DNA of 63,989 nucleotides, counting the filler, from Basidioascus undulatus (Eukaryota): assembly GCA_000826855.1 (NCBI GenBank). It is 5 parts of 5 records of this genome, joined end to end, with 100 filler letters (N's around TTAATTAATTAA, not from the genome) between each part and the next. Parts side by side here need not be neighbours in the genome. Positions count along the whole stretch, not along the records: positions 8,793 to 17,481 come from JTLS01001349.1; positions 17,582 to 46,766 come from JTLS01000135.1; 3 more parts are not named here. One strand, written 5' to 3'. The number at the start of each line of letters is the position of its first letter. The first letter of the stretch is position 1. Shown piece after piece: positions 11,701 through 23,780 of the stretch. The notes beneath the pieces were generated by a model, which worked only from the letters and a program-made list of their open reading frames with translations, ran no database searches and was not told the origin of the DNA. Both the position numbers and the translations under genes were made by a program.

Positions 11701-14700
11701 GCCCGGCCGAGCTCCTCGCGCTCATCGTCAGTGGCGTGGAGGAGGACCACGAGGCGCACGCGCTCCCGTCGCGGGACGCGGATCGCGAGGCCGTGCGCCG
11801 CTTGGGGCTTGCGGAGGGCGAGGCAGGGGTGGTTGTGAACGGAAGGGTGAGTCTGCGAGAGGCGGGGGGATGAGGGTGGGAGGGCGAGAGAGGAGAGGAC
11901 GCTGATGAGGTTTCGGGGCATGGTGCAAGATTATTGGGCCGCTGCCGAGGAAGGCGGTCACCGCTGAGGACATCGAGCACCTCATTAAGCGGGAGCGCGC
12001 GCAGCGCATTGTACCCGTCGTCGAGGCGCTGCAGGAGGTGGTTCCGAACCTCGCAGATCTCGAGCGGTGCGCGTTCTTGTGCTCTCAGGTATCAGAGCAG
12101 AAACTGATGCTACTGTCCTTTTCCCTGTCCATCCATGGGAAACCAACAGGTCCGAGCACGCCGCGTTCATATCGGACGTGGGGTCCACCTTGTGGGCCGC
12201 AGCGCAAGCGAGCGCAGACCAGGACGCTCCGGCGTCGCCGCGCTCGAGGATCTGGGACAGGCTCTATTCCAACCATACGTGCGTCTCCTCCGCGTATCAG
12301 TTATCGCCGAGCTGCCTTACAACTGACTGACGACTGCGAGAACAGCTCAATCGCTATGGGCGACAAGGATACAGCGCTGTATCACTTCGACGTCATCCTC
12401 GACCCGGTCAGCGAGCTCGGGCAGAAGTGGGCGCAGCTTCTCAAGGTGCGTACGTCGGTGAATGAGCAAGCGGGACGGTCTCGCTGAGAACCCGCATTGC
12501 AGGTCATCGAGGACACTGGGGACGCGTACATTCGCGTCTTATTCAACCCGGACACCACGCAGGACAAGGTGAGCATGGTGCCTTCCTTTGCTCCCCAAAA
12601 TCGTTTGCGATGCTGAAACGACGAGCATGGTCTAGCTCCCTGTCAATCGCTTCTACCGCCTGAACATGGACTCGCAGCCCCGCTTCGACGAGAACGGGTA
12701 AGGGCACGTGGCACAGCGGCTTTCTCCAAAAAGCTGAAATCTTGCACGTTCCGCAGCGAGCTAATCACCCGCTCGCTCGAGTTCAAGCGCATGCCGTCCG
12801 ACGCGCTCTTCACGCTTGAAGTCGACCCCCCCTCATCATGGCTCGTCCGTCCGCGCGCCTCCTCAGTCGACCTCGACAACCTGCACCTTGGCGCGCTCGC
12901 GCAGTCGCGCCGCCTCCCGTCCGTCGAAGCGACTTACGAGCTCGCGCCCCTCGTCGTGGACGGGCACGCGCGCGACACGCTGACGGGCCAGCCGCCGCGC
13001 GGGCTCCAGCTCATCCTCGACGGCGGCGCGAACCGAACCACGTCGGACACGCTCGTCGTCGCCAACCTGGGGTACCTCCAGCTGCGCGCTAACCCGGGCC
13101 GCTGGACGCTCGCCATCCGCTCGGGGCGCGGCAGGGAGGTGTACGAGATGGAGAGCGCTGGTGCGCTGGGCTTCGGGAGCAGGAGCGTGGAGGAGGCGGG
13201 CGCGGACGTGTTCGTTACGACGTTCGATGGCGTTACGCTTTACCCGCGGTTTAGGAGGAAGAAGGGCATGGAGCGCGCGGACGTGCTGGACGAGCCGCCG
13301 CCGAAGCAGCCGGGCTTGTTTGATCAGGTCAAGTGGCGGTGCGTTTGTGATCTTCACTCTTCCTGTAGTATTTGTTGCTGAAACCATCGTTTCACGCAGA
13401 ATCAATGGGCTTCTCGGCAAGGAGGAGAGTGGGCTTGCGGTCAAGAACGCCGACATCAACATCTTCACCGTCGCTTCTGGACTGCTGTACGAGGTATGTC
13501 CACGCGCAGGGCGGTTACACACATGGCTTGCGCCGATATTGACTCTCATATCACCCAGCGCTTCGCATCGATCATGATCCTCTCCGTCCTCCGGCACACG
13601 AACCACACCGTCAAGTTCTGGTTCATTGAGAACTTCCTCTCGCCGTCGTTCATCGAGTTCCTCCCACACTTTGCGGAGGAGTACGGCTTCCAGTATGAGC
13701 TCGTCGTACGTGCTTATCTCTACTTCATCACCCAGTCGTGGAAAGGCTAAAGAGCGTCCGCGGCACTGGGCCAGACCTACAAGTGGCCGAGCTGGCTGCG
13801 CGCGCAGAAGGAGAAGCAGCGTACCATCTGGGCGTAGGCATTGGCACGCATGCTCGTTCATGAGAAAGGCGCTGATAATCTCTCCGATGCGGTAGCTACA
13901 AGATCCTCTTCCTCGACGTTCTTTTCCCCATGTCACTAGACAAAGTGCGCGCCTTTAGTCCGACTCTTGTGCGACGACGTTGACTTATGTCCATCCTCAG
14001 GTCATCTTTGTCGATGCCGACAACATCGTTCGGACAGACCTGAAAGAACTTGTCGATCTTGACCTGTACGTGTTGCGTTCCGGCTTCTAATCAACCACTT
14101 TCATTACGACGTGCCGGTTACTCCGCAGTCACGGCACCGTGTATGGGTACCCGCCGATGGGTATGAGCAGGACAGAGATGGATGGGTACAGGTTCTGGAC
14201 GGTACGCAAAAGTGGCTCTGTGATGTTGGCCAAAGCTGACGCGCCGACCGGCAGACGGGGTACTGGAAAGGTGATCGACACCGTTTCCCGTCGCATTCGT
14301 GATAAAGAAGCTAACCAGACGCCATACTGCAACTTCTCGAAGATTACCTCCGCGGGCGGCCCTACCACATCAGGTGCGTCGCTCTGCCGTGACCGTCGCG
14401 AAACGCAGTAGCTGACATACCATGCACAGTGCTCTATACGTTGTCGACCTCAAGCGCTTCCGCCAGCGTGCTGCAGGAGTGGGTGATCTGAGACAGCATT
14501 TGTAGTTTCGAGGATGAAGATGCTGACCTTCTGATATTGTCCCAGGACCGGCTGCGCGGCCAATACCAAGCGCTCTCGGCCGACCCCAACTCCCTGGCGA
14601 ACCTCGACCAGGACTTGCCGAACAACTTCCGTGCGTCAACGGTTCATCCGGAAGCGCTGACATTGTGGTGCTGATGTTGAATATCGCGCTGCAGAGTCCG

Positions 14701-15325
14701 AGGTGCCCATCGTACGTGGCCGTGCTCAGAAAATTTCATCGGCGCTAGGCTGACGATCCTCTTCCAGTTCACGCTGGACGAGTCATGGCTCTGGGTGCGT
14801 GCATTCAGTAACTTCCCGAGTGAATGCTGAAGAGTCCTGACAAATTTTTGCTTGGTCCCGCAGTGCGAGACGTGGAGTACGTCACTTGCGTGAACGACCG
14901 GCTCAGCATGGCGCTCACAGCCATCTTTGCGTACACAGACAGCGACGAAAGCTTGGCTGCGGCAAAGACGATCGACCTATGCAACAACCCGATGACCGTG
15001 CGTGGGCCTTATGCTTCTGGCTCGCTACGGCTGACCATCGTACACGAGGCATTCACAGAAAGAGCCAAAGCTGGACCGCGCACGCAAGATCCCCGAATGG
15101 ACGCTCTACGACGAGGAGATCAAGGCTTTTTCGGCGCGGATAGCGGCCGAGAAGGGCGGCGTGATCGTCGCCGACGCCGACCAGCTCGCGAAGGGTCCGG
15201 GCGTGCCAGTCATTCTGGGCGGTGGCGGCGCTGGACAGGACACCGGAGTGCAGACGGCTGAGAAGGATGAGGTGGTGGAGCAGGACGCACAGGGGCATGA
15301 GGAGCATCTGAGGGACGAGCTGTAG
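8793..15325 (+). CDS. UGGT: UDP-glucose:glycoprotein glucosyltransferase (GT24), 5' truncated by gap
   Basis: [115 protein letters not shown]-terminal RDEL ER-retention signal; many introns and 3' microexons. Confidence 0.97.
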
Positions 15326-15482
15326 GCCTAGACGGCATTGGGACTCGGTTACATTCGCATCTTTCACGCTTCATTTTCACGTTGTGCGTTTGGAGGCTTG
15401 GAATGCTTGGATGGCGTAAGAGCGCTCCCGCACAAGCATAGTCATGTAACGATGCTGTGTGTAATGTATCCGCTCCAACACG

Positions 15483-16683
15483 TCAAGACCCCAAGCTATT
15501 CAACACCCCCGCAATCTCGCGCTGCACGATGCTATTAGGCGATTGCTTCTGAAGCAATCTGCTCGAGCGACATGGCAGACCCATGCATCAGCCCACAATC
15601 CACCAAGCGTCAGGCCGAGGGAAACGACGCACTCTAACCGCCCCCGATCCTTCTGGTCCTTCCCCTCCTGCGCGGCCTTTGACCACTCACCGCAGCGGAC
15701 GTAGAGGTCCACGCGCGCCTTGGCGTCGCACCGGGGCACGAAGAGCGAAGCTTGGTGCTTGTGATCCTGTCGCGCTCACCACCGATTCAGCAAACGGTGA
15801 GGGCGGGAGAGAGGTCCCCGACGCACCGCAGCGAGCAAAGCATGCACGAACGGCTCGTAGCCGATTGGCGATTTTTTGGACTTGGCGAACGTCTCGAGCC
15901 CTTCCCAATCGCGCGCTTCAACGAGCGCTTTGATCTTGACGTACCACCATCTTCAACATCACCGCGCCGATCAGCGACCTGTTGCCCAGCAGAGAGGAGC
16001 AGCACGGCATGGTAGAGAAAGGAGACACGCACCGCTTGTCAGACACCTTAAACTCGCTGCGGAGCTTCTCTGCGCGCTTGGCCTGCCCCCCGACGAGCAG
16101 CACGCGGAGCGTGTCGTTGAGGCTGAGGCCGGTAAGTGCGCGCCCGACCGGCACGTCCGGCGCGGATTGGAATGCGAGGAGGCGGTGGTAATCGTCTGCC
16201 ATCTGTTTCGAGAGGTGGAAAGTCAGTAGCGAGTAGGGTAGTATGAATGGATGGATGGGAGGAAGGAGAGAAGAGCGCGGACCTTCGCCTCGAACGCGTG
16301 CTCCTTGTCCTCCGAGAAGAACTTGGACGCAGCCTTGATCTTCTGGAGCTTGTCCACGATGTCCTGTCCCTCCTCCCACATCATCAGCCACCGCCCCAGT
16401 TCTCGGGCCCAAGTAGCAGTGCGCAGGAGGAGAGGGGAGGTTGAAGGAGAAAGGGGCGTAAGACGCACCTCCGCGGCGCGCGCCTCCTCGAGCTCGAGCA
16501 CGGCGCTCTCGACGCGGCGGTCGTCCTGGTAGTAATAGTCGCGGAGCATCTCGCGGTCCTGCTCGCGCGCGTAAACCTGGAGGAGCGCGGACGCGGGCGC
16601 GAGCGCCGCGCCGCCCGTCTCGAGCAGGCGGAAAAAGTCGCCCAGCGGCAGGTGCGCGCGGAGGTGCAGGAGGACGTGGTACA
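15483..16683 (-). CDS. VPS16: Vacuolar protein sorting Vps16, C-terminal half only
   Basis: [87 protein letters not shown] are Vps16_C signatures. Confidence 0.93.
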
Positions 16684-16846
16684 CTAGGGGGGGCAAGGGC
16701 GGTGGCGTGTGAGGAGGAGAAGGGAATGTGTGAGGAGGAAGGGGTGGAGGGGAGGGAGGGAGAGGCGTTGGTGCGGAGGACGGACTGGGGGATGAGGGGT
16801 TGAGAGGAGGGAGGAGAGGGAGGGGGGGAGGGGAGTGGGAACGCAC

Positions 16847-17481
16847 GTCCAGAAGTTCGGAGAGATGCCGCGCGTAGGACCGCTCGGTCGCTGCGATCTC
16901 GCGGACAATGAACCTGCGCATGCGTATGTCACGTTCATCAACGCCCCCGAACTTCCACGCCAGGACCAGAACAAGGAACGCCCAACGCACATGCTCCGCA
17001 CCTCGTCCTTCCACTCCGCGCGCTCCTCCTGGCTCTGGCAGATCTCCATGCTCTCCACCGTCGTCCCCGCCCCCACGCGCCCGGCCTCCTCCGACTCGCC
17101 CGACTTCCAGACTCCCAGCGCAGCTAGGAAAACGTGGTCGTCCGATATCAAGTGCATGGTGGGCGGGCGGCGAGGGCGGAGCGAGGCGGGTGTTGGATGA
17201 GCGGTGTGGGGGAGGTTGAAGTCGAGGCGGAGGGGCGGGCCGGACGCGGGGCGCGGGAGGGTGAGGGCAGGGATGGAGGGGATCGTGAGCGGCGGGGGAG
17301 CGGCCGGCCGGCGGCGCTTGGAGAGCTTGCGCGGGCGGCAGGGGTGCTGCTCGCGCTCGAGCTGCGCGCCGAAGGAGCGCGCGAAGACGTCGCTGCCCTG
17401 CTGCGGCGGCGGTGCGAGAGGAGCTGCGGCGAGGGGAGAGAGGGGCGGCGACGAAGGGCTCGGCGGGAGAGGGAGGCGCGC
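16847..17481 (-). CDS. Fragment of a RhoGEF (DH-domain) protein
   Basis: Pro-rich region followed by EWKDEVRSM|FIVREIAATERSYARHLSELLD, resembling the first DH helix (ExxxTExxY). Truncated by the gap upstream and by Vps16 sequence downstream. Confidence 0.7.
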
Positions 17482-17581
17482 NNNNNNNNNNNNNNNNNNN
17501 NNNNNNNNNNNNNNNNNNNNNNNNNTTAATTAATTAANNNNNNNNNNNNNNNNNNNNNNNNNNNNNNNNNNNNNNNNNNNN
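17482..17581. other. Assembly gap spacer
   Basis: N..TTAATTAATTAA..N linker. Confidence 0.98.
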
Positions 17582-17780
17582 GAGGACTCGAGCGACGACG
17601 ACTCGAGCGAGGACTCGGACACGGACTCGAGCGAAGACGAGCCGCCCAAGAAAGTGAGCGCCCTTCTTGCGTCTTTCTCTTCCTTTCCCCCGGCCAAAGC
17701 TCACGCGCTGCTAGTCCAAGAAGAAGACGCCCGAACCCGAACCGAAGAAGTCCAAGAAGTCCAAGAAGGAGAAGAAGTAG
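17582..17780 (+). CDS. 3' end of a gene with acidic/Ser- and Lys-rich tail (nucleolar-type)
   Basis: EDSSDDDSSEDSDTDSSEDEPPKK | intron | SKKKTPEPEPKKSKKSKKEKK*. Confidence 0.7.
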
Positions 17781-19054
17781 GCGCTTCATCACCGCCGGCC
17801 GGTCTCGTCGCCTCAGCTTCACTTTCTTCCTCCTCCGCACCCCTACCCACCTCCTTCCATTCTCTACCCCGTGTCCATTTAATCGTCAGCTTCTTTTCGT
17901 ACATGCTTCTTCCTTCTCCGGGCAAGTCTACTGCAGTGTACCATATGTCCCGCCCCGTCCCTCCTGTCTTGTTCTAGCTAAGCTGTGAATCGCGTTTGTC
18001 CATCGTGTCGCACATCCGTGTCTTCCTCTCGTCTGAAGCACTCGCTTCAATAGCGGGATGTTGCTCGGCCCGGATTTCATCCGATCAACCAGCAACATGG
18101 TGACATGCGTCCTCCTTCCGCCTCGTACATACTGCCCTTAAATCGGGCACCAGCACTCAGACCGACACATTCATTATAATTGGGAAGTATACCAAAAGCG
18201 CACGGTCTCTGTCGCCAGTTGTTTCTCCATGCTTTCAGATGCATTGTACGACACTTCTGCTGCGCCAGCTCTGCATAACGTTTCACCTTTCCTGCGAGCA
18301 CATGGTGGAAAGGTCACGACGCACACACGTGTATGTACCGCATGCTGCAACTGGCAAATGTCCTTACATCACCGGGAGGATGTGGCCGGCATGCGTGCAG
18401 GAGTTGCGCTGGATCAAAGCGACTGAGAGCATGCAGGTTCTTCGCTAGGTTCACTGTCAAGCGAAGTCATAAAACGGTGACCCAGTCGTCAACCATTCTG
18501 GACAAAATCTTCTGAAACAAAATCTCGGGAGTCTCTGGTCGGCGGCGGCTGCACGTTGGACAGTGTTTACGACTGTCAGACTGCATGTCTTCTGCCGCCT
18601 AATGACCAGGCGCCGACTTCGGTCGTTGTCGATACCCAACATCCCAATTATCTAGCTATTTCAAGTTTGAGTCGGAGCTGGTTTCAGAACCGCAAGGCGT
18701 ATCACAAGCTTCGCACCTGCCTGTCGTGAGCTGGAATGGGCGAGCCAGCTGCAACGCGTTGCTGTGTACCCCTGCGTGCTCGTGCGAGTCTCAGGGCCAG
18801 AGAAAACAAGCAGAGAAACCCCAAGCGTATGAAGCGGCCTCATTTCTTATTACAGCTAGAAATGCCGGGCGACATCGCTGATACTGCCCCTCCGCACAGT
18901 GTCGTGCCGCGGCTTAACACATCCGCTGAACAACACCCTGCGCTGTCTGCATAAGAGCCCCGCACCACTCCCGTCTTCCTCTACCCATACCCCACCATCA
19001 CTGCACTACTCCGCACCTAAACTTTCACTTTCACACGAGAACCGACGCTCCAAC

Positions 19055-20059
19055 ATGTCCTCCGCCGATCTGGTTTTCACCACCCCCTCGACGATCACGC
19101 CCTCTTCCTCGAGCTCCGGCACCACCACGCCGGCGTCCTCCATCCCATCGGACGACCTCTCCTCCTCCATCACGCCCACCACGACCATTGCTTTCCCGCA
19201 AGCTGAGCTCTTCCTCGCACTCAAGGACCTCCGCGCGCGCTTCCCTTTCCTCGGCATCCCCAAGGTCCACGCCGAGCTCAAGCGCTCCCACCCGCACTAC
19301 GCCGTCTCCCAGCGACGCCTCGCCCGCGTCATCCGCGAGAACCCGGAGCTTCAGCCAGCCCTGGCCCCCGGTGCGGGCACCCCTCCGGCCACCAAGCGCT
19401 TCGGTCCGAGGCCCGGCGAGCCGATGTACTATAGGACGTGCGACCGCCACTTCTTGTGCGTTGACTCCTTGCAGACTGTGTGGCCTGCGGAGCGGGATTG
19501 CTAACGAGATGGGATCGCGTTGAACAGCAAGCCGGCGCTCGGACTGGCCCCTCTGTCGGACATGACGTTCACCCGCAAACAGATGATGCGGGACAGTGTG
19601 TCCACGCAACAGCTCGACTACATCCTCTTCGACAAAGAGGAGAAGGCCTACGGCGTCGTCACGCCCCACGGCACGCCCGAGCGCAACTCGTTCTTGGTGG
19701 GTTCCTCAAGCTTTCTGAAATTCCATTCACATTGGTACGAAAGCTAAGAAACATCTTAACATAGGCTGCCCGCGAGGTCGCCGAGAAGAAGCGCAGCTCC
19801 CACGCCGTGTTCATGCTCTACACGTTCCTGCACGAGGAGGCTGCCAACGTCGGCATCAGCAACAAGGACCTGCGCCTTCAGCTTGCCAAAGAGTCAGTCC
19901 ATTTAAATTCTAGCTTCCAAACAAAAGTCTGCTCAACCGGATACTGCTTTCAGGTACGGCACCCTGCTCGGTAGCACCCCGCCGCCGATCGACAGTGACT
20001 GCAAGGCGATCAAGGAGCGCTTCCGCGCTAAGTTCTACGACGACGAGGACTCTGACTGA
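19055..20059 (+). CDS. Hypothetical protein with HTH-like N-terminal module
   Basis: Four exons with coding-like GC3. ALKDLRARFPFLGIPKVHAELKRSHPHYAVSQRRL resembles the N-terminal helical module of basidiomycete SET/MYND proteins; C-terminal LRLQLAKE|YG. Confidence 0.7.
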
Positions 20060-20199
20060 AGAAATCTTGTAGCCTGTGTGATACATATACAAGACTCTGG
20101 TGTGAATCGATCAGATGCTGTGTTGCACGCTATTGGATGGCCTGCGCCCACGAATGCCGTCCGGACAGTGCGCAACGGCTGAAATAATGTCTATGGAGT

Positions 20200-22368
20200 C
20201 TACGTATCGCAAGCTTGGCCTTTCAAACCATTTACGTTCCTCGAGAAGCAGGTGGCGGGACCAACAGGAGACCTGATGTTGAAGTCGCTGAACACAACGT
20301 CTTGGCAAGGGGCCGCAGCCGAGCAGGCCAGATGTGCGATCTGCAATTGCCAAGCCAGATCAATGCTGTGAAGAGCGAAAAGGACAATCGGTGCCACCCA
20401 CTTCGGTGTTGTTTTTCGCGCCGATCGTCTTATAGACAGATAATTGAGCAACATGAACTCGGGGTAGAGGAAGAGCTCGATACCCGTGTACGACGTACCA
20501 CACCCGTCCCGTCCGTCCACAGCCCATTCGTTGTGCCCTCCCAACGCTCGAACCTCAGGGTTTCGTACCTCAGCGTGCTGGTGTCGCATAGTTCCGGACC
20601 GCCATCCTCAACATAAGTCAAGCAGCTCTGGATGTAGACGGGCGAAGTGACATCCTAGCCGAGTTCAGGGTAGCATCGTTCAGCCGATGCCCATCCAGGC
20701 GCAGCGAACGACAGAGGGTGACGGACCTGCACGTGGATGTTACGCGCGGTAATGTTCCTCACAAGACCAGTCCCACCACCTCCGCCGTTGGGAGGGACGC
20801 CGTATGGCGTGCCGGTGAACGACTTGAAATAGACGCCAGAGGAGATGGGGATCGTGGCAAGAGCCTCGTTCGCTGGGAAGAGCTGCGTCGCGGGTATTTA
20901 AGTCGTAATCACTTCAGAAGATAGGTTAGGTTAAACCAACCTTGACGTCTTCGATAAGCACGTCGGCGACTTCGTCGAACTGAGCCAAGCAGACATCAGA
21001 CCTCGGCGAAGCCACGGGACTGTGTGCCGTAGCCACTCACGCGACCGGGATACTGGCCAAGCGAGCCGATAGCAACGCCATTTCCACCGTAGCCGGTGAT
21101 GTTCCGAAGCACAATGTTTGTTGAATTGCCCTTGATGCCCACGAGGTCGTCCCCGCCCTGGAGACAAGCGGTGTAAGACGTGCAGCACCTACAGCGGGGT
21201 ATTTGCTACCTGGTAGACCCAGTTCGAGAATGTAATGTTGTTTGAGCGGTAGCTAAACAGGGAAGAGTTTATTCAGCATTTGAACCTCAACGAGAAAGAG
21301 GGGACGACGCAACGTGTTTACTCCATCAACGTTCTGTGTCCATTTCGAGCCGTTGGGGCCTGTCGCATTGAGAGCCTGTCTTGAGAGTTCAGATTTATAC
21401 TTCTTGAAAGTGGACAGGGCTCGATTCTCAAAGGCGTGCGCACGCGAGGGTCATGGTTCGTCCCATTGATGTAGATATCGTGCATCGAAATGTTTGCCGA
21501 ATTCTGTCGGTCAACTCGGTTGAGATGTGAAGCGCAGCCATGTCCGACACCCTTCTCACAGTGACGAAGAATGCCCTGTAGATGCTGAGTGTAAGGGTTT
21601 CAAGCGGAAGACGTTGCTCGCTTGAAAGCACGCACCAGAACTGTGGCTGCCGCACGGCGAACCCCACTACTCTACCTTCTTGCGCTTGGTCAACCCACAT
21701 GGAGATAGGCCGTCCCTTGGTATTACTCTCTCCTGAAGTGACGTTCTCAATCTCAGTGAGCTCTACCTCCGGGTCGAGTCTCGAAACTGAAGTCCACGAA
21801 CCCGCAGAGTACGTGTACCAGGCCTGGCCGTTCCCGTCGATGCCTCCGAAGCCGCCACCTGATATCGTGAAGTCGGATCCAGTGACGCGCAGTGCAGCGC
21901 ACTGATCTTGAAAGTCGACCGGCTACAAATGCCGAGTGAGCAGGGAAAGCCGTGTGGGCCGTCTTAGAACGAGTTAGCGAAAACGGACAAGGCACGAATT
22001 GATCCAGTAGCTCAGACTACTCGTTCAGCCGCGGACCTCGAAGATCAGCATGAGCATAAGATGTAAGCAGAAACGACGCACTCGTCCGAGAACAGCAGCG
22101 TGCCCTGCACGTCGACTCGGCTTCCTTGCAGCTCCCACTCCATCACTCTCCCGACACGGTACGTATAGCCCTTGGGCAGTATGACCCTTCCGCCTTTGAC
22201 TTTCGCGCATTGCTGCAGAGCAGCGATAATGCTGGGCGCGTCGTCGCCGGGCGGAGACGATGGTAGCACCGTGACGGTGCAAGGAGACGAGCGAATGCGA
22301 AGCGCCCCGAGCAGCACCGCGAACAATGCGAGGGCCGCGCAGGATAGGAAAGTCAATAGCGAAGGCAT
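20200..22368 (-). CDS. Secreted GH28 pectinase, RgxB-like exo-rhamnogalacturonase/alpha-L-rhamnosidase
   Basis: Signal peptide; [76 protein letters not shown]. The exon joins checked are in frame. Confidence 0.9.
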
Positions 22369-22437
22369 CGATAGTCAGTGTGAGAGGCGAAGACAAGACG
22401 CAAATGGCCTCCACGCGGTCCACCAGCTCCCAATCCA

Positions 22438-23365
22438 TCACGTGTCGCGGGCCGCTCGCTCCGAAGATACAGCGATGTCTTCTCCCAGCGCAATCTCAGG
22501 CAAGTCCTTCGCGCCCCCCCCACCCGGAACGTCCCCCGCTCCCGCTTTGGGCGGTGCGAGTCCCCAATAGAGACGCCCAGCGACGTCGTCCACCGCCCAG
22601 TCCAGCCCTTTGAGCAGGTACTCGCCCGTCACGGCGCTGCACGGCTGGATCCGCCATCGGTGGGACTTGATCGAGGGGAGGTCGAGCGCCTGGAGAAACG
22701 TCGCGAACTTGAGCAGATATGCGTGGTGTGGTGAGGGGGGAGACCCACGTCTCTGATTTCCGCGTCCGTCATGGATCCTTGGATGTCCTGCTTGTTCGCA
22801 AAGATGAGGAGCGACGCGCCCGCTAGCCGCTATGAGAAGGGCAGATACATTCAGCATCACCCTCAGGCAAGAAGAGCACGACGCCTACCTCTTCTCCGAG
22901 GAGCGCCATCAGCTCGTCCTTGCAATCCTGGATCCTGAGCCTGTCGCCCGAGTCCACGACCCAGACGACAGCGTCCGTCTGCTCGAAGTAATTACGCCAG
23001 TAAGGCCGCAGCGTGCGTTGCCCACCGACGTCCCCTGAACACCCCCAGGAACTAATAAACACAGGCTCAAGGTCTTAAGTATGCGGGAGCGTGGCGCACA
23101 AACGTTGAGTGTGTATCCGCGATGTACGAACGTCTTGATGTTGAAGCCGAGCGTGGGCGAGACGGTATGAATGTCCTCGCCGTTGATCTTCTTCAGGATC
23201 GTGGTCTTTCCCGCATTATCGAGCCCCCTGTTAACGGGCGATAACGCGCGAGATTAGCGTCAGGACAGAGTCGAGAGGGACGCGAGGCGACGTGACGTGC
23301 AGGAAGAGCATACGCATCTCGCGCGACTTGAAGCGCTGCTTGCGAATGATCGTAAAGAGACCCAT
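22438..23365 (-). CDS. ARL2: ADP-ribosylation factor-like GTPase 2 (Cin4/Alp41)
   Basis: [67 protein letters not shown]; first intron 23228-23300 has a GC donor. Confidence 0.97.
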
Positions 23366-23780
23366 GTCGGAGGTGGGGTTCTACAAAATAAGAAGTGGGA
23401 TCGGGCGGTGTTAGTGAGCGAGAAGATCGACGGTTAGTCTAGTTGCGAAGGGAGAGACGATGGAGGTCGAAGGGAAACCCGCGCGCTGAGGAAGACCTTG
23501 TACCGCTCAGCCAGGGTCTCGCAATCTTGTCTCGCAACACATTCATGCGACGACTTTCAAACTTTAGAGGAAGATTGACAGACAGCTTTCTCATTTATCG
23601 CGGCCGTGTGGGCTGGCGAGTTCCGCAACCATTCGCTTCTAGCGGCATATGGGTGAACGAATATACGCGCCGTGCGCTAGGGTATCCATAAAAAATACAC
23701 AGGCAAAACGAAGGGTAGTGATAGCGAGGGACGGAGAAATTACAAAAGAACCGAGAAAAAACAGGACAGGACATGGTCCA

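Noticed and set aside
12863..13936. 357-aa minus-strand ORF (also 44201-45193, 46819-47799, 62431-62997)
   Set aside because: Antisense shadows of GC3-rich genes on the opposite strand.
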